Source: Okamejei kenojei (taxonomy: Eukaryota). From it: DNA of 64,000 nucleotides. The DNA lies in contig CM069156.1 of the NCBI GenBank assembly GCA_035221665.1, forward strand, positions 17,794,001 to 17,858,000. The letters are read 5' to 3'. Of the stretch, positions 12,384 to 23,939 are shown piece by piece (the stretch's first letter is position 1; every line of letters starts with the position of its first letter). Made by a program: the position numbers and the translations under genes. Below the pieces are notes generated by a model that was given only the letters and a program-made list of their open reading frames with translations, did no database searches and had not been told where the DNA came from.

Positions 12384-15029
12384 CTCTGCCTCATTCATTT
12401 ATTCATTATTATAATCTCATATTCTGCACCGATTTTGCATTATAATCTTGCACCATTCTGCTGTTTTGCACTTGTCTGTGTATTTATTGCTATATTTATC
12501 TGCACCGTAGGACAGTACCGTTTACTCTGTGGGCTTCATGTGAACAAGGAATTCCATTGAACCCTGCTGTACATGACAATTAACTAATCTGAATGCGAAT
12601 CGGCAGAATCTATAAACCTCACATTGGGCCGAGTTTATTCCAGTAAAAGAGGAAGTAAGACAGCACCTGGCTGCACGATCAAAGATGAAACTGGGCTTCC
12701 ATTGCAAAAAGGTCAATACCTTTGTGGCTGTTGCTATGGTGACAACACATGTCCTTAAACGCAATTATTTCCAGCCTTCAATGTTGTTTTATCACTGGAG
12801 GGACTCCCAAGCTTTTTGGAAACAAGTGAAGTAAGGATGAGGTTATTTTGGTGTAGCGTGTACAGTGCTCTGCTGCACAGAGCCTTCCTGCTTTCTTGCA
12901 TGTAGTTGGCAGCCATTCAAAACATATGAATGGATTCCACAATCAACTGCTTTCCTTTTAGGACGGTGATGTTTTTGTAAAGTATTTGTGTTCAATGGAT
13001 TCTGAGCTGCTGACAACACTACAGTGTTCAACAAGACTGTCATATCTGAGCTCAAACGAGGTTTGTGTGAGGGCCCTTAAACTGTCAAATGTTTTGTTGC
13101 CACCCAGAGCACAGTTTGGCACAAGACACGGTCCCTAACAGGAGTAGCAGCCTTAAAGCAACAATTAATTTTCAAAGCCAATGTAGCGTATGCTACAGTT
13201 TCCCTTTCTAAAAAAAAATGTGGACTTGATTTAACATACAGTAAGCCATCATTATTACGGACTTTTTAATAACGGGTTTTGGTTATAGCGGATGGACCTG
13301 TCGACCTTCACTGCCAAGCTGGGCTGCCGACACCACCCCAGTGGTCCGCACCGCATCCAGGCCGGGCTGCCGGCCCACACAGCTCCCTTGGCTGCTTCCC
13401 GGCTGTGCCTGTCCCTGCCGCCAATGCCAACTCTTACCTGCACTATGGCCGCCCCGCAGGCTGCGTCCAATGGCTCAGTCGATTCTCACCTCTCCCCCGG
13501 ACGCCAGCAGGCCTGGACTGTCAACTCACCTGGATTCTAGGTCCAGTTCCGGACCGAGAGTCTGAAGGATGGTCTGGACCCAATACATCACCTATCCATG
13601 TTCTCCAGAGATGCTACACATTTTGCACATTTTACTTGGAGTCACAGGATCTCTCCTTCTCCAAGATCTTTGCAATGGTACGCGTCATACCCTTGATGAT
13701 TTCACAGCTTGGCCTTGATGTATCTATTCATCGTTGGCCTCGATGCTGACACAAATAACATGTCTGTTCATGACCAACCGCAACAGTCACTTCAGAAACA
13801 TCTTCAGCCACCGTTTTATTCATGGATATCTTGCACTAGGAGCAAATTGATCTCTCTCTAACCTTCAGGGTAATGTTTTGAATTCTGTATTTCCTTTAAT
13901 TCCCTAAAATCCTGTCTTCTCAACTGTAAAATACTGGGAGGTCTAATTACAGACAATCGTCTGCGCAGACTGAACCATTTCTTCTCGCAGTTTGCGCTTT
14001 GATGCTCATGCAGTTTCATCTGCCTTTCCGCCATTGGGCCGAGCAAGAATCGCCCATATTCTGAGTCCCTCGTCCATCAGCAATTTCACTGGAGTGCAGC
14101 CCGTCGGGGTGTGTCCATAGCCGAGGCAACATACTGCAGGTCAATGTTTTATTGTGGTGTTCAAAATGACCTTGTTTCTAATACTTCCTGTTCAGAACGA
14201 ATGCACTTGTGCTAAATGCTTCCCTCTGCAGCAATAGTGGGGCTTCTTGCCAAACCCTCGCTTAGACACCAGTCAGATTCACATAACCTTGCATCGATAA
14301 TGGAGCTCCTGTCATTGATCCCTGCTGATGATCTGTATGTAGCATTTGCACCAACATGCAGTCGGATATTCCTTTTCCCGTCTGTGGATGTAGGCATCTT
14401 GTATTCCGTCTCAATGTTAGATCCAGTGTGTTTTGTGACGTGGACTGGACACGCAAATATGTCTCACTGCGTGTGATCCAAAATTGTAAAGCTGCATCTG
14501 ATTTTTTTTTTTTTAAACTAGAGAAATCGCGAATTGTCTCTCCTGCCCTTCTGCTTATGGGGTTTCAAACTTATGACTTTCTACAATCTCCAATCGAGGC
14601 CCTGCTCTCAGCTTGAGGCCCTGCCCATACCTTGTTAAATAAATATCAGTTGTTCTCAGTAAGTTTGCCAACATCACATAATACCTAGTTCTATAATTAG
14701 AAGCTCACTATTTTACGATTGCATTTTGCGATTTCACTTGGCCTCTTGCTGGAAATGTTTAGTCCAGCCCTCTTTCCAAAACTGAATTCCCCTGTTAAAC
14801 TCGGTTGAAGCCTGGACTACCATTCTGTACTGTGTTGCTTTCTATTTGTGTTTGATTTTGCAGCACGTTCCCTTCTCCTCATGTTCAAGTCTGCACCTCA
14901 CCTCAACACTAATTGTGGGGTTTTCCAGGCACGTGGTCACCCTATACACTCAGCGGCTTCAACATTAAATGGGAGGAAAAACAATCATTTTAGGTTTCTG
15001 CCTCACTGAACATGCCACGAGTAACTCAT

Positions 15030-15290
15030 TTAGTTTTAGTTATACGTCCCACCCAGTCCACACTGACTACCCGTACACTACTTCTATGTAATCCTGCTTT
15101 TGCATTCTGCACACTAGGGGCAATGTATACAAGCCAATTAACGTACAAGTCTTTGGAAAAGTGGGAGGATACGCAGGGAAAACCCGTGCAGTCACAGGGA
15201 CAACAACAAACTCTGCACCGACAGCACCCGGAGTCAGGATCAACCCCGGGTTTCAGGCACCGTGAGGCAGCTGCGTCACTGTACCACCCG
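15030..15290 (-). mobile_element. Diverged V-SINE/HE1-like SINE
   Basis: cacactaggggcaatgtatacaagccaattaac...acagcacccggagtcaggatcaaccccggg matches the reverse complement of the other copies. Confidence 0.75.
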
Positions 15291-15371
15291 AAGGCAACGT
15301 GCTTTTAGGAACATGCTTCTGCAATACTTGATCTTAATTGGCATGAAAAAGGTGGCTGACACTCACAACAG

Positions 15372-15655
15372 GGGACACGGCGGCGCGGAGGTAGAGATGC
15401 TGCCTTAGAGCGGCAGAGACCCGGCTTCGATCCCGACTACGGGTGCTGTCTGTACGGAGTTTGTACGTTCTCCCCGTGACCTGCGTGGGTTTTCTCCGAG
15501 ATCTTCGGTTCCCTCCCACACTCCAAAGACGTACATGTTTGTAGCTTCATCGGCTTGGTAAATGTAAAAATTGTCCCTAGTGTTAATGTGCGGGGATGGC
15601 TGGTCGGCCCGTTCCCGCGCTGTATCTGTAAACTACAAAAAAACTAAACTAAACC
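15372..15655 (+). mobile_element. V-SINE/HE1-like SINE
   Basis: A/B-box head, the core tacggagtttgtacgttctccccgtgacctgcgtggg and an (actaa)n tail. Confidence 0.9.
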
Positions 15656-15969
15656 CCAGAACGACACCGCAGGACTTGGGATAGCGTTAGATATTTTCAC
15701 GTTCTGAAATTCCCCCGACCTTGTCTCACTCAATGGAGGAAGGATTTACCATCAAACCCATTTGATCAGTTTGCTTATATCCCAACTCTAATTCACAACA
15801 GAGCAGCATGAAATCAGTAATTTCGAGGTGCCTGGACCACATGCTCACTTTGTGGACCAGGACAGATCATGGTCCACTATTAAATACAATGGTTGCAGTT
15901 GCCTCCAAAGGATTTGTGTGAGATCGCTGACCCTTATTAGTGGTGCCATATATCTGGAGAAGAAGGAAG

Positions 15970-16183
15970 AGATAGCCACAAAACACTGGAGTAACTCAGT
16001 GGGACAGGCAGCGTCTCTGGAGAGAAGGAATGGGTGACGTTTCTGACCAGTCAGAAGAAGGGTCTCGAAATGAAACATCACCTATTCCTTCTCTCCAGGG
16101 ATGCTGCCTGTCCCGCTGAGTTACTCCAACAGTTTGTGTCTATCGTTGATATAAACCAGCATCTCCAGTTCCTTCCTACACAC
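15970..16183. mobile_element. Fold-back Penelope pLTR-derived insertion
   Basis: Inverted arms ctggagtaactcagtgggacaggcagcgtctctggagagaaggaatgggtga and tcacctattccttctctccagggatgctgcctgtcccgctgagttactcca. Candidate TSD agaaggaag at 15961-15969 and 16184-16192. Confidence 0.82.
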
Positions 16184-16819
16184 AGAAGGAAGTGGCTCAG
16201 CCAAAAGTGAAATGCACACGTTTTAGACTTGCCTTTTCCATGACAGTATCCATGCAACTTTAATCTTACTCCTTCTTACCACAAGGGACCATTGCTGGTG
16301 AGCCAGTGTGCAGGCTTAACAGATGTTTCTCTACCCAACTCCCCGCACCTCTGATGTTACTCCAGCGTACACTACAATAAGCAGCACAGATGGGAGGTTA
16401 AAGTTTCTCCTTGAAGGGAAAGCCATCTGAAGTGAATATTACCCTGAACTTTATACTGTGTGAGCAGCACAGCTGTCACTGAATTCAATGAACTGAATGC
16501 TACCAATAAATTCAGGAGTCCTAGATCAGCTGACATGTCGAATAAATTACCTTCAATTACTTAATAAGAGCAATTATATATTGTTTGAGAGCCACATTCA
16601 CTGGATGCTCACACATGTGAGTACAAAGGAATTGGATAACTTTGTCAGATGGATGCTTCAGCTTGCTGGAAGGATTAATGTGAAATGAGGCTGGGAGATG
16701 TCAGTTAAAACACTACCCAATGTGGGCCTTGGTCTAAACTTCCTGCCTCAGAGTTTACCAAGCCAGCACCTGCCTCCTCTCAGTGAGTTAATGATAGGGT
16801 TCAGAGGATGATAAATTAT

Positions 16820-17710
16820 GGATGTGTTGGTGTGGGCAAGGAAGAGAAGGGGCTGCGTGGATGTATGTGTTGTGGAGGAGAGAGGGAGAAAGTAAGGGAA
16901 CAAAATTGTGGGGGAAGACAGGAAGGGATCAAGATTGGGAGGGAACTGGGGTAGTTAAGGGGTGGAGTGGGGTTGTGGAGGACAGGGTGAGAGGATTGGG
17001 GTTTGAGGTGGATTGTGGTTGGGAATGAGGAGGAAAATTGTGAGTGGACAGGGGGATGGGGTGGGTGTTTGGGGCAAGAAGGTTGATTGGGGTGAGATAA
17101 ATGGGGATGTGATTATAGGGGGGTATGTTGCAAGGGGAGCAAGAAACAATCTGGTGAGAGGGGATGGGAAAGGGACAAAGATTGAGTATGTAGGGACAGT
17201 TGTGAGGGACTGGGAGTGAGTGGTTGAGAAGAGGGGAGGGAGCGGATGGCATAGATGGTGGAATGGAGGGGAGGTGGACCAGTAATGGGATGGGGTTGAT
17301 GGTGGAGGCGGGGGGGGGGGGGGTGAGGTAGGTGGAGTGAAGCGGATGAGATAGATGTAGAGAGTGGATGGGGTAGATGGTGGAGGGGAGGGAATGGATG
17401 GGGTTGGAGGAGGGAGGGGATTGGGTGAGTGGTTGTGGGAGGAGATGGGGGGGGGGGGGGCTGGGTGGTTGAGGGGGGTGAAGGATGTGATGGGGAAGGT
17501 AGTTGAGGGGGCAGGATGGGGTTGGTGGTGGAGGGGAGGGATGAGACAGGTGGGTAGTTGAGGGGGGAGGGGATGGGGTGGATGTGTAGGGTGGGTGGTG
17601 AAGGGGGAAGGGGTGGGATGGTGGGGATGTAATGTTGGGTTGCTGGCAGTGTGGTGTGGGGTGGGTTATCATGGCCTTGCCGGTGCTGTGTGGGGCAGTG
17701 GTGAGTGTTG
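16820..17710. repeat. G-rich, C-poor low-complexity tract
   Basis: About 0.9 kb of irregular GGA/GGT/GGG runs with few C on the + strand. It produces a spurious Pro-rich ORF on the - strand. Confidence 0.9.
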
Positions 17711-18365
17711 TGTAATTTAAAAGCATGAACGTTGAACGAATGAACTACGTGGATGAGAAGATCTTTATTTCAACAACATTCCTGGTTCAAAAGTCATAAC
17801 TGTTTTAGCCTATTTGTCATGCAGGCGAAAAGGAAGCAAATTGCCAGATTGTTCCCTTCCCCCAACATATTTTGTCTGTAGCGTTGAACTAGTTCCAAAG
17901 TGACGCAAGGCAGAAGAATCTGAAAAGGAAATGGCTTACTCTTGTGGAATCTTGGGCTCTGATATAAAATTACAGCCTAGCTTTGAATAGGCGTTTTATG
18001 GTGTTTGAGTCCTGATGTTGGAAACTTGGTCCTCAATGCATTCTGATGGAAATCATTAAGAACGAGTTGTGAAGCGCAGTCGAACACCATGATGCAAAGA
18101 TTTATCAACATGCATTTTGCGAAAGGTAGGTTGTTGATCATGGGTTTGCCCACTGGGAGCAGAATTGAGCCTTTTCGGGGTAAAGTTGGGGGCGCGGGGG
18201 GGGGGGGGGGGGGGGGGGGGGGGAAGGGGTTGTAACGTCGGGTGTACACCGAAGGATAAATGAACGGTGGCTTGGGCTATGCTGAGCTTTGTTGGGCTTG
18301 TGACATTGGATTCAGCAGGAATCCATGTAGATAGATCCTCGCTCTGGGGATTAAAAAAAAGGGTA

Positions 18366-18625
18366 AACTTTAGAGATACAGCGTGGGAACGGGCCCACAG
18401 TGACCCATCGATCATCCGTTCACATCGGTTCTATGTGATCCCACTTTCTCACCCTCTGCCTACACACGAGGGGGCAATTTACAGAGGGCCAATTAAGCTG
18501 CAAACCTGCCTGTCTTTGGGACGAGGGAGGGATCTGGAGGAAATCCACGTGGTCGCAAGGAGAGAACATGCGAACTCCACACAGACAGCAGCTGAGGTCA
18601 GGATCGCAGCCACTGGCGCCGTGAG
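18366..18625 (-). mobile_element. V-SINE/HE1-like SINE
   Basis: tttagagatacagcgtgggaacgggccc...aaacctgcctgtctttggga...cacagacagcagctgaggtcaggatcg. Confidence 0.8.
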
Positions 18626-18719
18626 GCTGTGGTTCCGCCGCCCAATGCAGGGGGTTGCTCTGTGTGCGAGTTCATCTTTCTTCAATACCGCTGTTGGAAT
18701 GATGAGCCAGAACCCGTAG

Positions 18720-19700
18720 AACTGTTAAAATGAAATGGGATCATAACTGGAAGTGATCGGACGGAAGATGCCTTTTCGATAAATCAAATCTAACTCCTTT
18801 GAAACGGTGCCGATGCTTGTGGGAGCTGGCTTGTTGTGAATGTGCCCCGGCCCCTGCCGCTCGGGCGAGTGGGATTGTCCTCCATTGCGGAGTGGGGGGA
18901 AATTGACCAACAGATGCCACATTTATTGACACCATGTGTTACCCGGCAGGAAGTGAGCCAGAGATTTCGAATTAACACAGGCAGGGGACTGGCTTTGGGA
19001 AAATTTGAATCGGATCTCGTATTGCGGGAGAAACTGGGAACAGATGCGCGACTCCTCTAGAGAGGCGGGATTCAGAGGGATGTTTACTGTAGCTACTCAT
19101 TCCCCCCGAAATAATAATAAGCAATTCAGTGATTCTAACTCCGTAAGGTTGCCTTGGTTACTGACCGGGGAGGGGAGGTCGAAGCTGCAGCCTCTTGCAA
19201 CGCAAGGCTATGTTTAGAGACTGGCTCAGCAGCCCAGACAGCTCGGCTGATGTGGTGGGTGTGTCTGGCTCAGTTGCTTTGGTTGCAACTGGACTGTTCC
19301 TCCCCCCCCCCCCCTCCCTCCCCTCAAGGAACCAAATGTCCAGAGGAGTCTTGCAGCGGTTAGAAGCAAAGTCATCAGTGGGCAAGTGAGAGCGACGGGA
19401 GCTGTGTCTTGTCAACAAGTGCAGCTTTTCTATGGTTTGCTTGCGAGAGAGGAGATGATGCGTGCATGTGTGCGTGGCTGAGCTGAAGAGGAGAGTTGCC
19501 ACAGTAGTCTGCCTGCCTGCCTGGAATCGGGACCTCCAGATGTGGTGACATGAGGTTGAGAACAAGCCCTCCATAGATTTAGCACCGATGGACTGAGTGA
19601 GGGGCGACTGAGCGAAACTGGCTGCAGCGTCAAAATGACGAGCCGAGAAGATGCCGTGAATTAACATTGAAGGCAAGCAGAATTTTGACAACTAACATTC
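18720..19700 (+). promoter_or_regulatory. Candidate internal promoter/enhancer region
   Basis: No recognisable repeats and relatively GC/CpG-enriched. Contains an ETS-like caggaagtg (18947-18955) and a GC-box-like gaggcggga (near 19062). Motif evidence only. Confidence 0.3.
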
Positions 19701-20196
19701 TGCGACCCCGATGGAAGGCTGGCTAATCTGTAACTCTTTATTTTCACTCCCTCCATTCTTGAACAGTTGCTCCCTTCCAATTAGCTGAGGTCAATCAAAG
19801 ATCTAAAGAAGGCTCTCACTGTCTCTGCTGACCCCTCCGAGGTTGTAAGGTTCTGGGTGTCAACGTTCACTTCCTCACCCCGTCCACTGCTAACTGCATG
19901 CCAGTAGTGCTTCAGTCTGTCCACCCTTCGCAACCCACATATTCCAATGGTGACAAAATGGTCTTGGCTACCTACAAGGCTAACACTCAATATCACTCTG
20001 CATCCGTTTTTCAAAGAGATCCCTTTAAAATAAAAATGCATGCACTCCACACTGCACCGCACTATTTCAAATCAAGTGAGAAGCTTTACTTATTCTTAGC
20101 AACTAGTTTATTTCATTCATTTCAATGGGCCTTCCTGCACGTACACCTGGTTAATCCGGCTCCCACTACACTGCAACCCCTGCAATCTGTGACCTC

Positions 20197-20485
20197 CGGG
20201 CGGCACAGTGGCGCAGCGGTCGAGTTTCTGCCTTGCGGCACCAGAGACCCAGGTTCGATCCTAACCTGGGGTGCTGTCTGTACGGAATCTGTACAGACTC
20301 CCTGTGACTGTGTGGGTTTTCTCCTGGTGCTCCGGTTTCTCCCACACCCCAAAGACGTACAGGTTAATTGGCTTTGGTTTATAAAAAAAAATTGTAAATT
20401 TTCCCTGGTGTTAAGATAATGCTAGTTGGTGTGGACTTGGGCTGAGAGGTCTGTTGCCGCACTGCATCTGTAAAACACATTAAAA
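20197..20485 (+). mobile_element. V-SINE/HE1-like SINE
   Basis: gggcggcacagtggcgcagcggtcgag...ccaggttcgatcct...ctcccacaccccaaagacgtacagg. Confidence 0.88.
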
Positions 20486-20604
20486 CTCATATTGCTGATA
20501 AGAGGCTTTGTGCGCACAAAGCGGGAAAGACCTTGTCTTTTAGGCAAGATGTCTTGGGCAATGGTAATTTGCACTGAGGAGCCCCAGTTATAAACTACTT
20601 TAGA

Positions 20605-20770
20605 ACATTTAGGTTTATTATTGTCACAACGAGGTACAGTGAAAAGCTTTGTTTATTTATGCAATCAATAAAGAATGCTATACATAAATGCAATTAAGTA
20701 AAAATCGAGTACCATAGGTAGAGCAAAGGGAAATATATGGAGTGCAGAATATAGTTTCCAGTGTTGAAAT
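20605..20770 (-). mobile_element. Rex1/Babar-like 3' tail
   Basis: tttaggtttattattgtcac..gaggtacagtgaaaagctttg..gtagagcaaaggg..gagtgcagaatatagtt is the reverse complement of the 3450-3608 tail. Confidence 0.7.
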
Positions 20771-21159
20771 GTATCTATTTGACATGTGTGCAATTTAATT
20801 TTGACCAATACAAAATCAAGGTCCGTTGCCTGGATTGAAGGACTTAAATTATGGGAAGAGATTGAATGACTGAACACTTTACTGTCATATCGGACAAGTC
20901 AGTAAAAATTCTTTACTTGCATACCCAAGATATGCAAATGTTCGCCATGTAAAGGGTGCTGACAAAGTTACAAAGTATCCCGCTCCTTTGTACTCCCCCC
21001 CCCCCCCCCCCTCGCCCCAGGTCTACCCGATCCCCCCCAGGCCAGGTCCTCCTTTGTTCTCCCCCCAACCTCATCGCGGTTCCCCCCTCGTTTGGTCCTC
21101 CTTTGATTGGATGGACTAAGCTCATATTCTCTAGAGTGAAGGAGCATGAGATGAGACCC

Positions 21160-21495
21160 AATAGAGGTGTATAACATTTGGAGAGGTGTACGGTGCATAA
21201 ATAATCCGTTTTCCTATGGTTGGTGTATCAAAAGAGAGCATAGATTTAAGATGAGAAGGAGGTGATTTAAAGTGCATCTGAGGAATAATGTTTTCAGAGT
21301 GGTTGGTTGTTATCTGGAATGTATTGCTAGATGAGATGGTGGAATCAGATACAATCACTGCATTTAAGCACCATTTGGACAGGCATTAAATAAGCTACTC
21401 ACAAAATGATACAAACCTAATGTGGGTAAATGGATGCATAAAAAATGCAGCATGCATGTGGTGGGCCGAAGGGTCAGTTTCCATAACTTGCATTA
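21160..21495 (+). mobile_element. Diverged CR1-type LINE 3' fragment
   Basis: agagcatagatttaagatgagaagg...atctggaatgtattgc...catttggacaggca...gtgggccgaagggtcagtttcc. Confidence 0.7.
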
Positions 21496-22696
21496 GTTCT
21501 TCAGTATCTTTGGACTGTTTGGGCAAAGCCAGCGGACTGCATTGTACATTGTGCCACTTCAGTTTTGGCAAAGCATTGCTTTTGATAGGAACATGGTTGG
21601 GATCTACTCCAGCTCCATTGATGCCACTGCAGAGATGCAACACATGTGGAATGTGGTTTTCACAGCGCTGCTTAAAGTTGCATTGGTGCAGGTCTGGAAT
21701 TTCATGAATTTCCCTCAATGTACCATGAGAAAATGTATTTTATGCTGGTGTTAATCCTTCTGCCTCAGTAAAACATTGACATTGCACAGAGTAGTCCTTT
21801 AGTAGCTAATTTAGCAGCTTTACTGCTTTCGGAGAGCAAGCTGTGAGTGGGCTGTTAAATACCATTTGTCACATTGAGTGGGCTGGTATAGATCAACATT
21901 CAGCAGAAAGATTGTTCTAATTCCTGTTCTACCTGCGCACATGCACACAAGAAATGCAAATATGATAAACATTATTGAACATCACATTCAGCATATGATT
22001 AAAATGTTGGTAGATCTTTCCGTTCAAACATTTTATTGTGCATTTCAGATAATCTGAATATTTGAGAAGTGGTGATTTTATAAGTAAAAGCTGAATAGTA
22101 AAGGTGCTGTGACAATGAAGTAGTCCACTAGGAATGAAGGCCTTTGTATCAATCGCTAACTAACTGTTCTGGATGCTGGTTCATATCCTGACTATGGTGA
22201 AGTGATGCAAAGAAGCACATCTGTTGGCTGCAGCTGTGGGTGGATACTGGGGCCACCATGTAGTTTTACAACAGCTCCTACCACTGATCCATATGTAATC
22301 CATAGGGAAGAGACACTTTCTCAGGGGCTCCTGGTGAAAAGCAACAGTGTCTCCTTGGACTTCCTTTTCTCCCCTCTTCCATCAGGCAAGAGGTACAGAA
22401 ATTTGAAAAAGCATATCTCCAGATCCGTGGCCAGGAACCTCGCGCAAACACAGACATTAATCTACAGATGTTCTCGTAAAGAGGAGACATTGCATGTTGG
22501 AGTCTTTCAAGGGGTTTTTCTCTGCTTTCATTATCCACTATCTAAAGCTCCCAGCCTAGAAATTGCTGATAACTGGAGTGATGCACAATGGCCAGCAAGC
22601 ATTTTGCTTGCGGGCTGCCAGGGCTTTCACAGAGAAAGGTTCTCCCTTTGCAGACGCCAGGATTGCATGAGTACAGTGTACATTTTGGAGGGGATG

Positions 22697-23555
22697 CCAA
22701 GCTATTAGACCAGAAATATGGGATGATAGTTTACAACATATACATCATTGTTCGCTAAATGCTAAACACTCTCTTATACAGTTTAAAATATTACATAGAC
22801 TATATTATTCAAAATCCAAATTACATAATATGTTCCCAAAAGTATCTCCTATATGTGATAAATGTCAACATTTAGAAGCCAATTTGTCACATTCATTTAC
22901 AAACTGTATAAAAATTACAAAATTCTGGATTGAAATATTTAGGATAATTTCGAATGTTGTTAATATAACTTTGACACCCGATTCAAAGCTAATAATACTA
23001 GGAATACTGGAAACAGAACAAATAGTAACAACAAACCAAAGAATTTTTATTGATTATGGGTTAATAATTGGGAAAAAATTAATATTAAAATTTTGGAAAG
23101 GTCCTACATCCCCTACAATCAAAATGTGGAATACAGAAATGTCGGAGACTCTCCATCTGGAGAGATTGAGGCTTGTCCTAATGGACAGATTAGATCTCTT
23201 CAGAGGGATATGGTCTCCATACATTGAATATTTACCGTCATAATGGCTCGGTACGAGGGCTTGACTGAGGCCTGAATATTAGAATGGATGAAGAAAGAAA
23301 TATAATAAATCATGCCTATATCTCCAATGACGGAATAATGATTATTACTCCATTCGCTTTCATATTTTCTTTATTATTTACCTCTATCTTTTCTTACTTT
23401 ATAAAAAATAATTAAAAAAGTGTATAGAAGCATATAGTCCTAAATTTCAATATTAGTAATAGTATTAATATTATGAAAGTATTTAATGATGTATTTTCGT
23501 TTATGTAAAATATTGTAATTTTCATAAATATGTTTCTATAATAAAAATATATTCA
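22697..23555 (+). mobile_element. 5'-truncated L1-clade LINE with 17-bp TSD
   Basis: Open ORF2 C-terminus with a zinc-knuckle-like motif (LIQFKILHRLY..CDKC..HSFTNC..KFW..IWSPYIEYL*) ending at 23243, then an AT-rich 3' UTR with aataaa. Perfect TSD acattttggaggggatg at 22680-22696 and 23556-23572. Confidence 0.92.
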
Positions 23556-23939
23556 ACATTTTGGAGGGGATGTGAATCAGCGGCGTGTGAGTGCACAATG
23601 GAGATTATTAGTCAGGATGGGGAAATCATGAAATGGTATTGGATTGAGTCGTGTTGAATGTATTGTCATACACACGGGTATGGTGAAGTACAGGCACAAT
23701 GACCATCTAGCCTGTAGCAGCAGCATCACTGGCACAGACAACACACAAAAACATGAATCATACATAAATTGCGCACAAAACAATGCGAACTGTATAAAAT
23801 GTTAAAAATGACTGGTGATGACAAGACATGAATGCAAAATGCGACTATAAAACATGTCCATGGTAGTGCAAGGTGGGCCTTGACAACGCTGGCGCCAGAG
23901 AGAGCAGACATTTTGCAGTGGACACGGGCAGCATGCAGG

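Noticed and set aside
16929-17726. 265-aa Pro/His-rich ORF on the - strand
   Set aside because: It is a by-product of the G-rich low-complexity tract, whose complement has few stop codons. No domain is evident.
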